From the human T2T-CHM13v2.0 reference genome, Homo sapiens: a stretch of 64,000 nucleotides of DNA. The notes beneath the pieces are model-generated. The model did not search any database. It was given only the letters and a program-made list of their open reading frames with translations, and was not told the DNA's origin. A program made the position numbers and the translations under genes. Shown here piece by piece: positions 56,226-64,000 of this stretch (position 1 is its first letter; the number at the start of each line of letters is the position of its first letter). The stretch lies in assembly GCF_009914755.1 (NCBI RefSeq), contig NC_060937.1; one strand, written 5' to 3'.

Positions 56226-56630
56226 CTATAAAAAATGCACATATATCATCATTGCTCTGGAGGACATAAATCATTAAAAATTGAAACAGTCAAAAGTTTT
56301 CTAATAATGGTAGTCAAAGAAACAATATTTTTCCTCTTCATATGCAAAAATTTCACTTACTACTCAGGGAAACCAGGCTTACAGCTATCTGGTTTGGTGC
56401 CCTGGTTTATCATTTCCTAACTTATCCTGTGTTTAATACAAATGGTCAATTCTTTGCTATATTATTCCTATAATCAGTCTGAATCTTGCTTAAAATACTA
56501 GGGTTTTCTTTAACTTATCCCAATTAGCTATGTAAATATAGTATATCTCTTTATTATGTCCTATTTTGCCAACTGATAAATACAATTTAAAAAAAACTAT
56601 GATTTTTAATACTAAAGAATGCCATCGTAC

Positions 56631-56786
56631 CATTTGGCAGAAGGTGGCTCTGCTGAAGATGGTTGAGAGGATGACTAAGTGGAAGGCTACGTGCTCCAGG
56701 CATGCGGGGGTGGGTTATAGAGGCCTGAGGTCCCTGGGATGGGGAAGAGGGCAGTGTTTCCTTATCCCAGGAACCATCACTGCTGC
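56631..56786 (-). CDS. DACH1: DACH1 156-bp cassette exon (52 codons, phase 1-1): (G)SSDGSWDKETLPSSPSQGPQASITHPRMPGARSLPLSHPLNHLQQSHLLPN(G)
   Basis: Minus-strand acceptor ttcattccccacAG|GC and donor AATG|GTACGA. The frame is open throughout and in phase with the next exon. The peptide matches my recollection of the insert in the longest DACH1 protein isoform. Absent from the ORF track. Confidence 0.92.
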
Positions 56787-59700
56787 CTGTGGGGAATGAA
56801 TATAAATTACTTGGATATAATATTATTCCAAATCTTCCAATGACTAACTTAAAATGAGTTTTTTAAAAAATGTATCACATTTGGAGTTGGAAAACTGATT
56901 TCTAGGGAAATAAGCCGAGGTAAGTAAATTTCCCCTAAGCTGCACATTCTTTTTGATTTTCTATTTCTTGTATAGGATCTCAAAATTAAAAAAATATATA
57001 TTCCGGCAACATTTAACCTAGTGGTGGAGTCTAATACTGTTCGGCTATCCAGCTTAATATGAAATGGTCTCTATTATATTAACCAGATAATTAATTACTC
57101 CTTGGAACTGAAACACACTAATATTTATAGAATGCAAAGTTATTCTTGCATGAAATGACATCCTAGCCATCACATAAAGTGCCTAACTTCATTACACAGC
57201 AAATCCAAAAAATGAAGCCATTAAACGTCCAGCTTGGTTAGACATTGTACAGAGAACACAAAAGATCACTTTATAGAATATAATGCCAAAGCAAAAATTA
57301 AATATGCATGCATGTGTGTGTGAATAAATACATCACTTGTTTTCAAATAAAGAGAAACATACATTATGTCTCCATGTCAATGCCACTCAACTGAGGGCTT
57401 GCATTTCAATATTGGTAGCAATGCCTTAGATTTAAAAAGATCATGAAATACCTTATTAGAACACTCCTTGGAAGGTGTTTATAAATCATTTCAATTTAGA
57501 TGTGCTCCCAAATTAAATTAATTTAACATTAATTTATTCCTTAACTGAATCTGTTGAAAATACAAACTATCCACTTAGAGGAAATTTCTGTAATATCCCT
57601 ATCAGCTCATGACTTTTTTATTTCTTAAAAAAAGAAACCATATTTTCATATAATATGCATAGAAACAACAAAGTTGGTAAAACTCCAATTTAATGCTTTA
57701 GCTCTGCTAAAAGCCTCATTGTAAAATCTCTACGACATAGTTTTTAATGAAGAATACTTAGTTACTGCCATGATTTTTTTCCATTTACTTCATGAAGACA
57801 GTTAAGGTTCAATATAAATTCAAACTAATTAGCTCAATACTGTCTGGATCTTAGAGTAAAGTGTTCAGAAGTGGGTAATGAAAACTCAATTCAAATTCTT
57901 CAGCAATCAAACAAAGCAATTTTATTAAACAATGAAAAGAATCAATTAAAATGGATATCTTTATTATCTTTATTATTTTACAAGAAACCATGACAGCTTT
58001 TGGTTTAAAAAAAAGTTTATAGCTTCATACAGAAATGACTTACATAAAAGAAATTTCTCCAGCTTGCTCCTACACTGTGATATAAAAGTTCTTTTCATAT
58101 TCACAAATTTATACACCTTACTTCTGTTCTCATAACTTTTTTGACACTTATCCCTAGGTACTAGTCAAACACGCAAGCACTATAAATAGATGAATTTTTC
58201 AAATGTATGATATCAAGAGATTATGATTATAACACATTTTAAACATCTGCTCTTTACATTGCCTTTATCAAAGTACATGCAATTTTTTTATTATAGGCTT
58301 AATTCACAAAATCTGTGGGATTTGATTTGGTCAAATGTTATGATTCAGCATTGATTTTACCTTGTATGTTATCAGTTAAAACTGACTATCGGGATATAGA
58401 AATCATGCTTTGGAATAAATATTATTTTAATATAGAAATTGCCCTGGAAATTTAGAAATAATAAGTAATTTTCTCTATATTTTATACTTCATTTAAAATC
58501 TTCAACAAATGTAACGATTACATTTTCATAGTAGAGTGCATATTTGAAGATAATTAACTAAAATATGGAGTGGAAAAATATACATTCATTATTTTGGATT
58601 CAGTTTGAGCTCCATTTACAGCTATAATCTACTTTTTTCTGTTCACTTAAACTAATTTCCTCTTTTATTGAAGTCCTTACTGCCACGATAAATAAATAAA
58701 TGGGAAATAGTTATTTCTGCAAATATATTTAAATTTCACTCATATCAGTAGAGATGCACAATAACTCTATTTTTCACATTATTAAGGTACAAAATATTAT
58801 CTTAAAATTCTGATTAAATCACTCTGAAAACTACAGATAAAACACTACCCATTTTCACATCTGTTTTTGCGTCACAGATATCAGTCCCTTGTGCACAGGT
58901 AAATATCAAGCATTCATATGTGAATTTTCTCTAGTAAGTTTCTAATACTATATTAGATTTTCTCACTACATAGAATGCTTCTAGCCATCTCCGCCAATCA
59001 TCATTTGTTAAATACTCATGATGTTAGCTCATTTGGGTAATAAATAGAGCAAACAATTAAGAAACTAAGTCTGATGAAAAATATACAATATGTAACCAAG
59101 TCAGCTGTAAGTGATTTTTGCATTATTTATAACATCCTTTTCCTCTATTAGCATGAATAAATAAGAATTGAAAATAGGCCACTTCAGAACAAGACCTGCC
59201 CACAGTTATTAAGTGCATATTTTCACAATTTTATTTTAAGCCAATATATTAGCACGATATAAACCAGTATATATGCACTATGCTTAACACACAAACATAT
59301 ATACACACATAAATACCTTTAAAATTCATATTTACTATTAAGACTGCAAGAAACAGCAGCAGATTCAATATATAAGAAATTTCTAACATTTGGCAGGGGA
59401 AGACAGAAACAGAAAAAACTGACTTAACTGCTATTAAGAATATACTAATAACTACATATTTAAATATATGGAATTTATATATAAAGAGTGACTGTGTGTG
59501 TTTAGATTTTCTTCTGTGTAAAAGATGGGACAAGCAAGGTTATTTCAAGATTTAGTGTAACTAAAATTCAAATATGTAAGGAGTAGGTGTGGGAGGTCCT
59601 CTCCCCGCTTAGTGCCTCCCCATTACAACATTAAAACAAAGCTTCTGAAAAATAAGTTTGATGCAATGTCTTAGTCTTCATGGGCTCAGACTATTTTCCT

Positions 59701-62700
59701 TGGCTCACCCTCACTTGATATTTTTATTGCATTTTATGATACATCTTTTAAGATGGACCAGGTTTTAAATGCAGAAATATATCCCTAAATTGTGAAAGCC
59801 ATCTCTACTCTAAGGGCACCAGATTATTGAATAGTCAGAAATGATGGGTTACAAATATAAAATGGTTTTCGTTTTCCTCTAATTACTGCCTTCAAAAAAG
59901 CTTTGTCAAGGTTCCCTATTCTGTCCCTTAAGAGCCTTGAGCAGATTTTGAGTATAATAAATCCACTCTAGTTAACTGTCATCTCTGCTTCCCCATCCCC
60001 ACTAGCATTAGCCATTTCTAGAGTCTAGGTATCTAGAAGACAGAAGCTAGCTCAGCTTTTCAACCATCCTGTCTTCCTCTTCTCCTTCTTCTGGGTAATA
60101 AGATAAATGTCTCTTGCTTAAATGGTTCCTGCTTAAATTTCCCCTGCACCACAACTTCTGTGGCTACTCCTTTAGGCCATTGACATCTTCCAAGTGGTAA
60201 AGGCCTAAATCTAAACATTTCCATGGTGGTAATGTCTGATCCTTCAAGGGAATCCTTACTGAGGAACTTCCTAACTGCACAAGTCCCTCACAGTAGACTC
60301 TCCTCCAGCTTCATGATCGTCTAAGCTCCTTAAACTCCCATTGCCTCTTGATACTAAGGTCCTCCTGCTGGTGTAAGTCCTCTTGTTCTGATGCCCACTT
60401 TCTCCAGCCTGCTCCCTTCTCCTCAGTTCTTTACCACCACCTCCAACCCCTGCTCCCAATCAGCAGTTCACACTTAAGCAGAAATCTAGCTACCAAACGA
60501 GGTGGAAACATCCGCAATCCTTGAGTAATTCTGTTGGAATTTTCCTCCCTTGACCTTCTCAGTGAGGAAGCATGCCCAAAGAGGAATTACTAAACCACAG
60601 CCATACCTGTCAGTTGCTGTCCTTTCACTAGAATGATCTCTTCAAATCCCATTTTATAAATGAGTGTTCATAAATGAGTGTGGTCCATTCTTAGAAAGGA
60701 AGAAGGTGGTTGTTCATGGAGTCTGGAGTGATAGTTAAGACAGCAATGCTGATTCAGTTGCTATAATAAGCACAATTGTTTTTTACTTTCTTTAAAATGA
60801 GGGGTACCTGACACCTTTTGTTCTTGTTGGAGACCACAGGAAAAATTGTATTTAATATCCTGTTACATAAACATACACAAGAAAATGAATAACAAATATG
60901 GCTATATTATAAATCAAATTTTAGTAACTGGTTCTTGTAAATAAACTGAAATAAAGGGAAAGAATAAACAGAAATAAAGGGAAGCACAATTTTTAGGTAG
61001 GAAAGGGAATGAAAAATGTTTTGGACAAAGATATTCTTAGTTTCTCTACTAAAAACACAATAACAATTTTGAGTGTGTGTACGCACGGCACCAATTATAG
61101 TCTTAGTCCAAATAATTATACATATTCATGTATTTGTTCATTTCATTCCTAAATATATCCAACGAGAAACAGGTTCCCAAAGAGAAGTCCACAGTATTTC
61201 TATGCATTTTAGATAGAAGACACATAAAATAAACACAAAACTAAAGTGATCTGTAAAATATAAATGCCTTTTAAATTACTTGCATTAAAATAGTAAAAAT
61301 ATATTTGACTACTGTATTACTATCATTTATACCTAGGTGACATGTAACTATTTGTTAAGATTTTCCCACAGGCTGACCCTGATAAAGGAGGCAAATCGCA
61401 AAGGGACTAACGGTCACACCACTGCTTATTGAGTGACACTGATAGATTGTGACGGGAACCTGACATTGTCAAGATTTGTTTACAATGAAAATGACGGCAA
61501 GAGCAGGCATTTACTCCATACCATTGGAGACCACTTAGAAAGACGTCAACTCCATCTTAACAACGAAAACAAAACTTCTAAATAAAAGTAAATATTAGTC
61601 ACAGGTGCTACAGATGTTCAGCTGTTACTTCAGAGGTAGGTGAGAGAATAAACAAGTTATTATCTTTTAGTGGATTAAGTTCACTCTATTAAAAAAATGA
61701 TATAAAACGTCAGCAGTAATGCTACTATTTTGCATGAGTTGCGGAAACAGTCCTTTCATGAAAGTTATTGTAATATAGTCTTTAGGTATTCTTTTGAATA
61801 ACTATTTAATCCCAGTTGATCTACTTTAGGATATAAAAACACTGAAATCTCCTGATGCTTTGGTTTGACTTTATCACACTACTAAAATGAGAAAAGAAGA
61901 AATCTTCTAGGGATATAATTAATTAGGGACACAGTTTAAAATGTTCCTGTTTTAAGTGTAGTGGTTTAGCAAAGAAAATGCCACAAGTGCCTCCTAACTG
62001 GTATTGCAAAATAATGTCCGCAGAGTAGGTCAGCACATTTATCATGTTTGATTTGGAGGTTCTGGGTAAAAAAAGAACTGGTTGTCTTTCATGTAACCAA
62101 TTCTGCTTGGCTTAATATTCTTACATCAATTTATTTTTTTCTTGAGAGAAAAATAATGTTGTTATAAATTCTAACTGCCCCATTACCTATAAATATATCA
62201 TTTAGGAAAATATGTTACTTTCCCATAAATAATTAGATATTTTTCTTTAGTTATCTATCACTAACTAAATCTTACCCTGTGTTACTGGAATGTCAGATAT
62301 AGTTAATTAGGAATGTGAAACTCTTGCCATACCAGGGGACTTTTATCTTACCTATGATGTTTTCTTTTGAATGCAGAGCTGTTTTGATATATTTATTTTG
62401 TATGCATTGTTTATAACATAATACTGATGCTATTAGTGTTCTTGGACTCATCAAAACTTTGTTAATTCTAAATTTCTTCACCTACTTAAGATATTGGTAT
62501 TGCCCTATATACTCCACAATGGTGCTGAAAGTAACAATAAGTGAAGTTGTACAAAGCACACACAAATTAATGGAAACTAGAACTGCTTATTTTTAAATTT
62601 TGGCTGAATATTCTTTACTACGGCCAATGATTATTGAACTAAAGAGAACGGGAAACAAACCGTAAAATCAGATCTGATATCCAAGTGACTAATGTAAGAT

Positions 62701-64000
62701 GAAACGATACTTAATGAACAGGCAGACATTACTAAAAACAATGGCTTCTTTATCCTGAGAAACTGGATAATTATGAAAAACAAAAATAGCATTAGGAAGC
62801 TGAAAATAGACAATGGTTTCAATTTTAAATAGCTTTCATTTTGGAACTCATAAAATTTATTTAAATGAATTTCTATATATAAATAACAATGCTTCATGTA
62901 TTTTTCCTTATGTCGTAGTAAATTTCAGAAAGTTTTGATGCAACTCAAACTAAAAGAAGTAGGGTCATAATTATAAAGATAAAAGGTAAAATACTATATG
63001 TGCAGAAGAGAGAGATAACTATATCAGAAAACACTGGTTTTTTGATGCCATTGTTTTCTTTGGACTCATTAGCACCATGCTGTAAGTGTTAACCAGGGAA
63101 AATAGATCCACACACCAAGGTAAAACAAAGAAATGCAGACTGGGTAAATAGTTACATAGATTTTTGTATAAGAAAAAATTAGTAGCCAGATTGATTTGTA
63201 TTGACTACATATTTGGGTGTCTTGTAAATACAGACTATAAGCTGATTGTAAGCAAGAGCCAAATGTTGCTAGTCAGTGGAAATGAGACTGAAAAAAGCTG
63301 GTTAATTTCTACAACTTAAGTATAATTTGATTACAGATAAAGGACAATGTAGAAATGACCACACAATGTTCATACACACTTTGCTATCTAAAACTTATTC
63401 ATACAGTTCTTCAAAATAAAGCAGTTTGGTATAAAGTATCTATGCTAATTTTGCTTTCCATCTTTTAGCCTTTCTTATTGCCATGTTAATGAATTTCTAC
63501 TTTTTCTAACTTTACCTCACCATACTATTCTTCTGTTAGGTAAACCAATGAACTAGAAATTCTTTCTCTAAGGATATTGTAATTTCCCTATGGATTTATA
63601 ATCACATTAAATAAAATGGTGAGTTATATTTTATAGATTGTTAGTGGGGTAATCAATGTCAAAGTATATATTATTAATGTTTTTATGCTCATGTACAAAT
63701 GTTGCCCATGGCAAGGTGAAATAAGTTTTAATTTTCATGGTTTTATACAATGTTATCAGTTTTCAATTATTTGTGTTGAAATTGAAAACATTTTTCCCAC
63801 TTGAGGAAAATTGCTATTGAATTTTCCAAAAAGCATAAAACCTTCACAAGTGAGATGGTATGTTTTGGCAATTGTCTTGATATTTTATATGTATGGATTT
63901 AAGTATTAATTTATCTCCTTCCTAAACCTGGTTAGCCTCAAAGAAGGACATCACCGGCGAGTTTTATAAGCCAGGAACCTAGGAATCCACTTTATCTGCT

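Noticed and set aside
56566-56799. Plus-strand 77-aa ORF (also 43093-43341 and 42922-43164)
   Set aside because: These are shadow or alternative-frame ORFs over real DACH1 exons.
59560-60720. More GC- and pyrimidine-rich stretch with a 62-aa minus-strand ORF
   Set aside because: No recognisable protein or convincing splice sites. It is probably a decayed repeat that I cannot assign.

Overview
AT-rich primate (almost certainly human) genomic DNA lying entirely inside the DACH1 (dachshund family transcription factor 1) gene on the minus strand; human DACH1 maps to 13q21. I read four coding exons with canonical AG/GT boundaries and consistent phases: a 156-bp cassette exon (56631-56786) that the ORF track misses, and exons of 173, 136 and 135 bp (exons 4, 5 and 6 in the numbering I recall for the shorter reference isoform). 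The rest is intron. It holds eight Alus plus an Alu/7SL fragment, MIR, L1, L2 and CR1/L3 remnants, MLT1 LTRs, MER58/MER5 DNA transposons and microsatellites. It also holds a 163-bp tandem duplication, a composite Alu/25-bp hairpin minisatellite locus, and several repeat-free, motif-dense blocks that look like conserved developmental enhancers. I see no convincing new biological system. The best leads are splicing architecture (cassette exon, AG|GT motifs, inverted Alus), candidate enhancers or ultraconserved elements, and the hairpin VNTR. Repeat subfamily calls and boundaries are by eye and approximate.
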